This document shows, piece after piece, positions 1 through 12,900 of a stretch of DNA of 64,000 nucleotides. The translations under genes were made by a program, and so were the position numbers. Where the stretch lies: contig CM119382.1 in NCBI GenBank assembly GCA_051294905.1, forward strand, positions 9,362,001 through 9,426,000. The letters are read 5' to 3'. The number at the start of each line of letters is the position of its first letter. The stretch's first letter is position 1. Source of the DNA: Botryllus schlosseri (taxonomy: Eukaryota). Under the pieces are notes generated by a model that saw nothing but the letters and a program-made list of their open reading frames with translations, ran no database searches and was not told the DNA's origin.

Positions 1-627
1 GGTTACCTCAACGTTCTCAATATCAAGAACAAATTACCATTTGTAGTAGGGTTTGAGTACTTCAATCAGAAACTACCATTAATTATAATGGCTTCAGTCA
101 ATTAATGAGATACAATAGCAGTTATATTACGATTGATAATTATAATTTCGATGCTTCTTCTCCATCCTGGCGCCTTGAACCTCGAATATTATCACAGTAT
201 ACAAAACATATAGCACTAACCAAAGCATGTGGTGACTTTTCTGTGAAGATATGATCAACTCACAGTATTGTCACAATGTGTAATATCATATGTATCATAA
301 AAAAATATCAAATTATCTTGAATGCGATGCAATATTCTCTTTAAAGTCGCCTAAAACGTACATATTCGAACTTTCCACATCATCCGTACTGTTGTGATAT
401 CATAAAGCGAGATATTGCAACACTCGTACGGAAGCCTACCCTGAATTAGGAATCAAATCACTAAGATGTTGGATTTTGCAAGCCTTTATATGTAGTGGTC
501 TGCAATGAAACACTAAAATCTCATACCGATCACCACACATAGACTTAAATATCACTCGTTTACTTGTCACTCTGCGCAATTTGATTAAGCCCGAACTTAC
601 AATCCCACATGGTGATCTTATACTTAC

Positions 628-930
628 ATTGATAGATATCTTGTTGCTTGAATTCAGAACAACACCACCTTTCTCCCACATCACTTTCGGTGCCGGATTT
701 CCCTTGAAATACGCTTTCAACGTAACCGAATGCCCAGATCGCACGGATATCACATCTCTGTAGTCGGCGTCGACAAACACACGTGCCGGAATAACGTCGT
801 CCTTCACCAAGACGGCATCGGTAGATTCTGACGGCATGCTTACACTACCCGCTGCGTTTACGGCGACAACGCGAAACTCGTATTCGTTGTTTTCCGTGAG
901 ATTGCCAATATCATATTCGCAATGGATAAC
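628..930 (-). CDS. TTN: titin exon 103 (Fn79 C, Ig80 N)
   Basis: VIHCEYDI..KISIN; strong AAT|GTAAGT donor; next exon not identified in window. Confidence 0.82.
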
Positions 931-3900
931 CTGGAATGTGAGAAACCAAGTTGGTAAATTAAATCACATTTGATCATGGTGGTTTGATATCGTTCATTTT
1001 CCATAGCGGGAAAATTGAAAAGAGCGTATAGTTATTCATTCTATATGTAAGCAGAGTAGAATTATCCATTTATCAGATTTTTATACATTCAATAACTAAT
1101 ATTAGAACACGTCGTCCAATATTCAATGATTTTTATGTATTCTATGTTGCGGGAGCAGCAACCAGCGTACTTTAAATGAATCTGTCCAGCATGCCAGTGA
1201 TTCCGGTAACAAGCGCACCTAAATCTGCTATTATTTACGCAAAACAAAGCCTTTTAGTTATCCTGAAAGAATAGAAACTGATTCCAATTTTGCAAATTTT
1301 CACTCTTTGATTTTATACAATACAATGTGACAGCAACTTGAACAATAAAGTGACATTGAAATATAGTGGCTGCTATAACCTGTGGTTATAAGTAGTGAAG
1401 TACTTTCTACTCTTGTCACATACTCAAGTAAGTTTTGCCATACTCACTCAAGGTTTCGATGTTAGACTATTTCAACTATGCGTTATTTGAGCAAAACTAG
1501 GCCTAGAATAGTAACTTTGAAATAGTTACATCTATTTGAGTACCAAGGGTGACTAAGTTTACCACCAGGTTCACTACATGGTTTTATTCGCCGCACCTTA
1601 TTGAAATTAGCTTTCATCCAGTGCCCATCTGGAAGATCCAGTTTCTCCACAAAATATCCGGTAATTTTGGCACCGCCGTCATATTCTGGTTTTGTCCACT
1701 GTAGAGTTACGCTGGAATTGGTAATTTTCGTCGGCACAACGTCTCTTGGCGGTTCAATCGGATCTCGAGTCATCACCGGGTCCGACATCTTGCTTTTCTT
1801 GCTGAGACCTGCATGATAACAATCAAGGCATCGGGCAAAAAGCAACAGCCATTTAGTGTTTCAATAGTGCAAATCGAAATAAGCGCAAGATAGAATGTTT
1901 TAACAAAGTTGAAGGAAAATTGAAAATGATGCACAATATCATCCCTGTAGTGCATGAGATATATCAACTTTAGAGTCGGTATTGTAAGAGAAATTCAAAA
2001 TATTTTCATCAAAGGGATGAATAATATCGTACTTGAGTACTGCAGTTATATATATCAATTTCAACGTTAGCATCAATCTGAACCATTTTAATCAAATGAC
2101 TCGAATGAAAATTGTGGTCCCGCAATTTAGGTCGCTGAATTATATAGTGTGTAATCATAAACTTAATAAATTAATCGATTTGGCGTAATTGATGCCATCA
2201 CGGTCAATATGGTTTTCAGGGTTGAATAATAGGTTGCTTTGAGACCAATGGAATTCACAGTCGATTTTATTGTTAGAATTATTTTCAACCATTCTAAACC
2301 AACTCCCAAACAGACTTCATTAGAATTTTGATACAGCGCAATGAAATCTAGTGAATTGTGTAGGATGCAGGCATTAGTTCAGTTGTGGGTTTAACAGATT
2401 TGGTATGGTAAGTGATAGCATGGTCACATTGGTCAGTGTGGCTTCTGGGTAAAATAAGTGTTTTGTGGCAAATGGACGTCGTTTTAGATTTCAAATTTCA
2501 GTTTTCTGGCACCCATTATAATCGACTCCACGATTGACTTGAAATATTCACAGCGCAATGTAATTTGTTAAGTTATCATCGATGCACAGTTGCACACATT
2601 ACTTCAGTTGCACGAGTAACCAATTCGGTGTAATCGATGATCAATATTGTATTGAGTGTAATTGAGCGTAATACGGTGTTTTCATACAACAGACTATTAT
2701 ATTTATTTACCTGCAATATTCTCAGCCATAACTCGAAACTCATAACACAGACAAGGCGTCAGATTCTTCACCGTAAACGTATTTTCTTTTACAAGATAGC
2801 AATTCGCTTTCGTCCAAGAAATGGCGCTTGTGTCTTTGTATTCGACATGATAACCCAAGATCTCAGAACCGCCATCGCTAGTTGGTTCCTGCCAAGTCAA
2901 ACGCGCTGATTCCTTGGTAACTGCAGTGGCTTTCGGAGTGCCGGGAATGCTCGGCCGTTTGAAAGGATGATTCGCGACGACACGTTTCGATTCTAAAGCG
3001 TCACTGATGCCGAACCGATTACAGGCTCGCACTCGGAACGTGTATTCACTTCCTTTTTGTAGTCTTGTTACTTTGTATGTCGTAGCGGCCACAAAACAAG
3101 ACACCTCAACCCAAACGTTGCTAGAATCTCGCTTGTCGACCACATAGTGAGAAATTGATGCGCCACCGTCTTCTTCGGGTGGAGACCACAAAAGAACCGC
3201 GTGTCTGGATGAAATCTCGGATATTACAAGCGGACCGGTGGGCATAGAAGGTCTCTCCATAACAATGATTGAAAAGTTGGTGATCTTGGAACCGACACAG
3301 TTTTCAGCCTTGATGCTATATACGCCGGCGTCCTTTCTTACGAGATTCTTTAATGTTAATTTGGCGACATCATCTGAAAATAACGCGAGATATGAGGAAT
3401 GTTGATATGTTACCTTTAAAACAGACAAGGGTTCCTAAATTTTTGTAGCAAGGACCCTTAAATGGTATTGGTGGTTGCGTGAACATCTGTTGTGACCTGG
3501 TTTGAGATAAATTTTGAACCGCATGACCATGGTTAACGAGGATTAAATTTTGAGTAGGTTAACTGTAAAATATGGACATATTAGGACCAAAAATAGGTCA
3601 TCAATCACGTCCAATACCAATCCTAATGATAGACTCATTACCATCTAGGTCCAAAAAATTAAAAAAAAGTTCATCATTTTGGCCTAGCCCTTGTCAAAGA
3701 CTGAATACAAGTTGAAGTACAATCAATAACTGTTAATGTTTGTAACGTCCGTTTGGATATTGTGACCCGTCAAGAGCACTGGAAATAAGACAAAATATTG
3801 ACATATGTCAAAAATCAGGACATATCTTATGAACAAGCTAGTTTTAAAGTTTATGGTTTGTACTTTCAACATAGGTTATTTATGGACCCCTTAAAACTAA

Positions 3901-6900
3901 TGCACGAGCCCTCAGGTTAAGAACCCCAGTGGCAAAAGAGAAATTACCTGAGATAGATGTGTTGACACGGCTTGTCTCCTTCAGTATATCATCGTTACGA
4001 CTGAAGCTGACCACTGGCAATGGAGTACCAGAGAATGGAAATTCGATTGTGACGTCACTTCCGACCTTACAAGCAAGAAGAATGAATATTACGATTCACA
4101 ATGCACTTTTGTATTGACATGAAAATAACATGCATTTTTACAGGCTTTTACGTCGGAAAGCAAGCACATATAATAATCGAGTGGAATTAAAGAGTAATGG
4201 CATACAGACAGAGCATTGTCTTACCTTCTGAACTATCGAACCACCAATTTTGCTTGTGTTGATATGTGGCGGGATCAGTACTTCTTTGATATTGACCATG
4301 TCACTTTCGCATGGATGTGATAGCCCGATTTCATTCTAATTCCGTGAAGAGCATATAAAATTACAGAACACACATAAGAACTAACTGTACATTCTCATAT
4401 AACTATCCACTGACCTGTGCCCGAACTCTGAACACATAATCTTTTCCAGTGGGCAGTTTGTTCACAACGTACCTCGTTGATTTAGTGGAACCCGCCACTT
4501 TCCACGCCTCAAACCCGCCTTTCTGTGACATTTCCACCACGTATCCTGTTATTTGATTACTACCATCATGCCCCGGCTTGGTCCACGACACAGTGGCCGA
4601 CGAGTCTGTGACATTTGTCACTGCAATCGATTCCGGGGTCCCGGGGACTTCTGAAATTCGGACGGCTTGCTTCGTCTCGCAAGGAGCACCGAGTCCGTAC
4701 TCGTTCTCAGCCATGACTCGGAATAAGTACGAAGCCCCTTCCGATAGCCCTTCTATTTTTGCTGACGTACGGTATGTAGCGACAGTTGCGATTTGCCACG
4801 ATTTCCTGGTGGCTTCACGTTTTTCGACGACACACTGTGATATCACAGAGCCTCCGTTGTTAGCAGGCGGTTCCCAAGAGATTGTGACGTGTTGCAGCGT
4901 GATATCTTTTACTGAAATGGCGAGACAAGGTCCAGGTGTGTCCAATATTTTCACATTTATCGAAACCGAAGTGGAGCCTGAATCGTTGGTGGCTGTAACT
5001 GAGTACCTGAGTACAAGAACAGAAGTCAAAACCTGATCAGTTATTGAAGTATTACTGTTAAAAACCCGATTTCAAAATAATTGTATGTTATTCGATATTG
5101 ATTCTGTCCCGTCCAAATTCCAGGAATCCTAATCCAAAATCTACTAAATGCTCAACTTCAAGTAAAATTCGGCATGGCAAAGTGCATTACCAACTGCACC
5201 AACATCATTCCAATGGATACATGAATATCCCAGATCATCCATCCATAAGTAATTCATATCAGAACTGAATCCAAATACATGGTCTATCAATACTCATAAT
5301 ACAAGTTTATAAGACGCGAAGTCACACTTACGTTCCGGTATCATTTCTTGAAGAATCTTTTATAACAAGTGATGTGGTGTCATCAAAATTTTCAACCATC
5401 GCCGACTCATTGATATCTCCTTCCACTTTTTCCCATTTAACCTCGGGAACAGGACGTCCGCGTACTGATCCCGCCAATTTAACCTGCGACCCCGCTCTAA
5501 CAGTAACATACTGTCCGACTTCGGAATCAATATCGATCTCAGGCCCGATTTTAATATCTCTCGGTTTGCAAGATTCGGAGAGTTGCAAAGGGTCTCCGAT
5601 TCCAGCCTCGTTGATAGCTGAAATTCTGATGCTATAATCGATGTCGTGCAGTCCTTCCAAGGTGTGCACTAAGCCTTTGACGCCTTGTGGCGGAGTGACG
5701 GCTACCCAGTCTTGTTCCGCGTCTTCGGTGGAAACATCCAATATCTCAATTACATACCCGGTTACCTGTTGCATGAAGATAAAAAATTATTATGACAAAA
5801 CAAAATCATAACTTGGCCTATTTTGCGGTATTGGACATACTTTAAAGACAATTATAGATCATTTCTTAACAATAGATGATACGATCAGAAAATAGGTTCA
5901 TTTCATTGAATTTACATGCCTCACCACAGCGGGATTATTGAATTTTATCAATGACACCATGAAACAGCAGTTAGCCTATAATAGTATTAAAATGAACAAC
6001 AGTGACAATTTCTAAATTCACTATTGCCGCTGTTGTAGACTCATCAGCTAAAAGTTCATACCATCCTAAGACGACATCATATCACACAAGCAGAAAAGCA
6101 ATCATGGATAATTGAAATTGTTAATACACAAAGCATATTCCAGTTACCTCACTGCCGCCATCCGACAGCGGTGGCGTCCATTGCAGAGTGATGGAATTAT
6201 TGGTGGTGTCGAGAACTTTGATCGATTTTGGTTCGTCAGGTGTGAAAATTTCGTCGAGCGCTTTCACTCTATCGGATATTTCGCTGGGCTTTCCGGTACC
6301 CTCAACATTTTCCGCAAATACCTGAAAGGTCAAATGGAAATATTATCTGCCGATATGGTTGGAACAGTCACGGACTCAACTGGTAGTAGAATTAATTTGT
6401 GTAAAATCAACCACATGTAATGTACAGGTAGAAATATTAATTTCAAAGGCAAGGAGAAACTATTTAAAAAAAAGCAAGGAAGGGTCGGAAAATTACTGAA
6501 GAAAGTATCCTTAAATAGAGCACTCTGCATCCAGAGGTGGTCAGTAATGAAATACTTCTACTATTTTGTGTACTGAAGAAAGCTTTGCCTACTTTCACCG
6601 CGTTCTCAAGTAGTTGCGACATATGACTAATTCCACTGCTACCTGAAAGTTTTCAGTTTTTTAGGCAGAACTAGGTGATATTTATATTTTTTTACTTTGT
6701 ACGAAATGACTGTTTCTACTGGCCCTTGAGTAAAAATGTAAATTGTTACTAATACTTCTACTTGAGTACCAATAATGAATACTTTGACATTCCATATTTT
6801 TATAATACAAATCGTAAGATACTTTCTACATAAAAAAATGTAAGAATTGAATCATTTAGCTTTAGAAATTGTCAAACTGGAAGTATTATACAGCCAAACT

Positions 6901-9900
6901 ACTAGATTTAGTGGTACAAATACATAAACGTGGTAGAGTACTCTGCTAACTACGATATTACAAGGCATGAAACACCCAAAAAATCTCACCCTAAACTCAT
7001 ATTCTTGATTATGGTGCAGACCAGTAACTCTAAACTTGGTGTCAACAATCGATTTAGCTGTAGCCCGAATCCAACGTGATCCGCTTGTATCTTTCCTCTC
7101 GATAACATAATTGGTGACGGGCATTCCTCCGCTGCGCTTTGGCGGTTGCCATACCAACAATACCGCATTCTTCGTGACGTCGCAAGGCTCCGGTTTACCG
7201 GGAGCGTCGGGTACCGTAAACGGATTAACCAATGCTATCGGTTCAGTCACGGATGGGTCTCCAAGCCCAAACTTGTTCTCAGCTCGAACCCTGCATGAAG
7301 AGCATACAATAACAGTAATATAATCAGAATAATTGAAATAGAAATATGACAGAATCAGTATTATGTAGAGGTGCAGCATTGGTACTCTGGTAAAGTACAA
7401 TTATTGGCAAAAATTTATACTCAATTAGAACTATAGTAGCAAAGTCCACGGCATCACATAACTGCTTTAATTGAGAGTACAATATAAAAACCTGAAAAGT
7501 ACTGAAATAAATAGCTTAAAAAGTAGATTTGGTCATGGGTTTGCCTACTTTTCGCAGTTTATCGGAGATGGCCACTTCCGAAATTGTACGATATACCTTT
7601 GTGACAAAAGCTTAATGAATCATGACACTAAAAATAGGTTCAATAAAAAAATATAATTTTGTTACCGTGATGCAGGCAAGTTTTTTGAGATTTCCACTCA
7701 TAATAGTAATGAAAACATGTCTCAGAATGATATCTACGATATAAAATACATATTGTGAAAAGTAAGCAGTCTTGTCTACAGGGTTGTAACCAAGTCACAA
7801 GGTTCTGAGGCATAAGTCAATCTCCCTTTTACAGTCGTGACTCGAGTCGAGTTGAGTCATTTTAAATTCACCACCGATTCAAGTCCGAGTTTAAGTTATT
7901 GAGCAGAGGGTTGAGTATGAGTCATATTGTTGTGACTCAAGTCCGAGTCCAAGTCATTGTGTTTACTGTTCAGTTTTAAATTCAATCAGATTCAACCCAC
8001 TTTATTCAAATCTGCTGAATGGCTCGCATTCATAAAATCGCAATTTTCGTCAGTCCTAACACTTTCTGGCCCTATTTTCCAAGTATCGGGACTGATAGAC
8101 GAAATACCAATAATGTGGTGACTTAATTCTTCGAACTTACAATGAAATGTCTGTCTTGGCCGTCCTAGTCTCGAGTCACATGACTTGGTTCACGCACAAT
8201 GAATACACAAACTGACTCGAGTCGAGCCATATTAGGCATTTAAAAAAATGACTCGAGTCAAGATGAGTCACCATAAAACGTGACTCGAGTCATTACATCC
8301 CTGAGTGCAAGTAAGCAAAATCTACTGGAGTACTTCATTACTGACCACCTCTGGTATTATGATACATACCTGAATACGTAGTCTTCATTTTTCATCAGGT
8401 GATTAATTCTGATAAACCTTTCGGTTAAATCTGCGTTTACTTGCGTCCAATTAACGAGATTGGACTGTCTTTTGTCAACGACATAATTTGTGATTTCACA
8501 GCCTCCGTCGTTTCCAGGGGCGCCCCAATGTAACGTGCATGCGTCAGCCGATATATCTTCCACAGTCAGATACCGGACTTTTGAAGCTACGTCAAGCACC
8601 TTGACATTTACCGTTAACGATCTTTCCCCGGCTTCATTACACGCTCGTAGAATATATTGACCTGGGGTACAAAGTAATAAACATCCAGTACAATGGTAAT
8701 AGGGAATAGATGCAAAACGACAATATATAAAGTACACATAATTGCTCTTTGTGACAGACTTCGTTTTACCAGTGAGTTTCCACTGGGATAACACCTCCTG
8801 TATCTAATTGGATGTCCAATGATAGAGATCAATTTGAAATGAATTCATTGTTGATATACAATGTTCTTTCCAATTCTCTACTAGTTAACGATTACTCCTA
8901 ACAGTATCAGCCGAAAATATTTGGGTTCCTTTCAATATGAATATACCATTCAATTGTATATTGATGTTTTGTACCTCCAAGAAGATCTTGAAATGAAATA
9001 TCATGAAATAGTCAATTGTTGATATAGAAAACTATAGTAAACATGTGTTCATTCATGGAATATAAGAACATGAAATTATTTCGAGGATGACACAAGAGTG
9101 ATTACTGACTCGCGATATGTCAAGCGGCTTCCTATAGTTTCCTAAGAAAACAATGTAGGTCTTTATCTGGTGTTAATGTCAGCATTTCCGAGATTGTTCA
9201 CCATATTATACCGACTTCAACATTGTATGCTAATTTGACCTAATGCTACCCCCCACTGTGAAGGTCCTACTTCAACGATAGGCATACACAAAATATGTTT
9301 GCTACTCTGGCCAATCTAGAAATAAAAGATAACGAGAAAACAATCTGAACGAATAGAGCTATCTGAAACAAAAATAGAATGAGATATAATATTTACCAGG
9401 GCTGTAACTAAGTAACAGGTCTCCGAGTCACAAGTCAATCTCACTTTTATAGTTTTGACTTGAGTCAAGTCGAGTCATTTTTAATTCACCACGGAGTTGA
9501 GTCCAAGTCAGCGAGCAGAGGATCGAGACCAAGTCATTACATTAACTGCTCAGCTTCGAGTTAAAGTCTCGGCAAAAGCACTTTTCATAACTTTGTTTGG
9601 CGATATCGAATGGTTCGTAATTTAATTATACTAATTCCTTCACTTTTAACAGTTTTAGGTCGCATTTTCCAAGTACCAGTACCAATAGGCGAAATACCAA
9701 CAGTGAGAATACTTTACTGTTCTTCGAAATTACAATGAAATGTCGGTCTTGGCCGTCTGAGACTCGAGTCACATGACTTGGTACGAGTCATGCGCACTGA
9801 CTCGGGTCCATGTCGAGTCAATACACAGATTGACTCGAGTCGAGTCGTTTCCATATTTTGAGAAGATGACTCGAGTCAAGTTGAGCCATTACAACCTTGA

Positions 9901-12900
9901 TATATACATCCGATAAATGTACTTTTCCAAATATAAATGCAAAAATTTTGGTGATTTTCAAAGTGAAGGATTATCAACATGGAAACATTTCATACATTGA
10001 GATCCAACCTACCAGTGTCGTATCTCGAACTGTCTCCAATAGCAACAGAAGTATAGTTTGACGTTGTCTCAATCTTCATTTTCTTAGACGCTGGTAGCAC
10101 AACGCTGTCCTTGCACCAAGATATTTTAGGCGCAGGCTTTCCGAAAAACGAGGCAGAGAACTTGATTGTGTCACCAGAATGGACGACCAGTACGTCAGTC
10201 AGCGAAGAGTCATATTCAATGGAGGGAGGTTCTTGATCGTTTCTACACACAACAGGTGATGTTGGGTCACTCGGATCAGAGATGGAGCCTTGAAGAGAAA
10301 TGGAAAAGTTGGATAAAATCAGTGAAAAATGTCACTATTAGCTAAACTGCAAAATTATCCGCAAACATCATAAAATCAATGGAGTTACATTCTGAGCAGG
10401 ATTTAAACAGACATATTAAGATGAATTTGATACAGGTTTAAATTATAATGCTCACAAGTAGGGTAACGAATTTGCATTCAGAAAAAATATCATTGAATAG
10501 TATATTCATATTGAAATGAACCCGAATATTTTCGGCACACGCTCGTCAGTTTTAATCGTCAGTGACTATAGATTAACAATCATATCACAAAGTATTGTAT
10601 ACAATGTTCTTTCCAATTCTCTACTAGTTGCTGACGATTACCCCTGACAAGTGTCAGCCAAAAATATTCGGGTTCATTTCAATATGAATATACTAGACAA
10701 TTATACATTGTAGTTATGTAACTCCAAGAGATCCAGAAAAAACAGCGCATCTGCATCTTATTTGTCTAATTTTTCAACCCAAATTCTAGGAAAGAGCCCA
10801 AATACTGCACCCCAAATAAGATATACACAATTAAATATCATAGCACCAACAGAAAGGAAAAATTGAATCAGCTAATTTTTATTTTGACAAACAATTTTAC
10901 ATATTCTTTAACATATGCAAGCGTATACACAGTGCATATAGGCTACAGCAAAATTACATGCGATAATGTTGGAAATTAAACTGAAATGACAATCATCAAC
11001 TGTAGTATGAATATATTGCAAACAACTTGATTGCAAATGCAGTATTAACATAAGCTTACCAATCATATTTTTTGCGCTGACGCGAAACTCATATTCCGAA
11101 CCTTCCTTCAGGCCGTCCACCGTAAACACAGTTTCAATGACGTTACAAAAATTACACCTCTGCCAACGGCCGGTGAAATTCTCCAGCTTTTCAATTATAT
11201 ACCCTGTGATATTACTGCCCCCATCATATTCCGGCTTCATCCACGTCAAAGTAACAAATGTGCTTCCAATCTGATGGACTTGAACCTCCTCCGGTGAATC
11301 CACGGGATCGCAACACAAAGCAGGATCTGAGCATCTGCTAGGCCGGCCTATTCCGGCTTCGTTGACGGCATAAATTCTGAACTCGTACTCCAAACCTTGC
11401 TCGAGACCGGTGACTTTGTAGGAAGTGTCTGGAATTGTGACTTTGCTAGATTTCTGCAAAAAAATTCAGTAATGCATCTCAGATTTGAGAAGAAAGATAC
11501 CCAGTGGCTGTTAACCGGGCATGGTTATTTTTGGCGTTTCGGGAGTCAAATTCCAAAACTGCCAAGAATAAAATTTGGAGAAAGCCAAAAAAAATCTTTT
11601 TGCAAATATAGATTTTCATGAAAATTTCGATCGAAATGTCAACAAGAATTGACAGCAGTTTATATGAACTGGCAAAAAAGTATGTAAAGCAGAATTCTTA
11701 AATTAGAGTCCGTGAATCATTCGGGGGTTCGCAGAATACTACCCAGGAGATACATGAAAGTACAACTGAAGAGTTTGACATGGTTAATTCGAGTTTATGA
11801 ATCCGAATTTATGGCGATGCTAAAATTGCCAAAAACAAGCTAATTTCGTTATTTTTGCCATGTGGCTGACCGTAAACTGACATTTCTGAAGCCGTTGTTG
11901 CAGGAAATAGTCTCAACGACAGAAAAATGACTTTTGGGAAAAATAACCGTGCCTGCTGTTAACTATAAGCATAATACGATAAATTGATCATTCCAAATCA
12001 CAGGTGTACCATAATCTTCCTTATCTGCTATCTAAATAGTACCATGGTAAATATGTTTTTACAGTATATACTTCTGAGGAAATATTGCCAGACTAGATAA
12101 TATTGATATGTGCCTTCAACATACTCACTTTCCATATTGTAGAGGCCTTGTCTTTGTGTTCGATAACATATCCGATCACCGCAGAACCACCATCTTTGAC
12201 AGGTTCATTCCATTTGACATCGGCAGAATACTTGGTCACGTGTGTCACAACGGGCTGTCCGGGAGGGCCAGGAATATTAAACGGATGCTTGATGGATATG
12301 GAGCTCGACGTCAAAGCCGGACCGGTACCGAATCTGTTTTGCGCGCGAATCCTGAAAATGTATTCATTGCCCGTTGTCAGCCTGTCGGCTTTAATTGACG
12401 GATGGACACAATCTTGTGACACGTTCATCCAGACCTGTGGGAAAATAAAGATCATTGTGTGAATCAATCATTCAAATTCCACTTTCTGCATGTCATATGG
12501 TATAAATGGGAGATGTAGTCGATAGTATATCACAGAATCATCACTAAATGCAACAATGCAACAATATCACAACCAGACTACATTGAAAATGTTATGTAGC
12601 GTCGCTTAAGGACGGTTATTGTTACATATACCACTGTTAAAACTGATTTCCATGATAAGTAGTAATGGATACTCATAGCATGAACACATTTTATACAAAG
12701 CATTCGCAAAATATCAAAAATTCGGTGAAGTATCTGGAAATTGATGCCAAATTTCGTATAGCTAGCATGATTCTTGAATTCATATTAAAATTGATGTACA
12801 GTATAATGCTATTCCAGAAGTTGCCAAATCGAATCTGAGAGCATGTAATTTTGCCATGACCCAATTATAGTTGGAAGACACAAATATCAAATGAATGGGA

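Noticed and set aside
6532-8353. Single Pack-type transposon that captured exon 95
   Set aside because: There is no shared TSD (TCTGCATC vs GTATTATG), and exon 95 is an in-register part of the titin chain.
7779-9899. Repeated GACTCGAGTC units as a CRISPR array
   Set aside because: Spacing is irregular, the units lie within TIR-bounded elements in a eukaryotic intron, and no cas genes are present.
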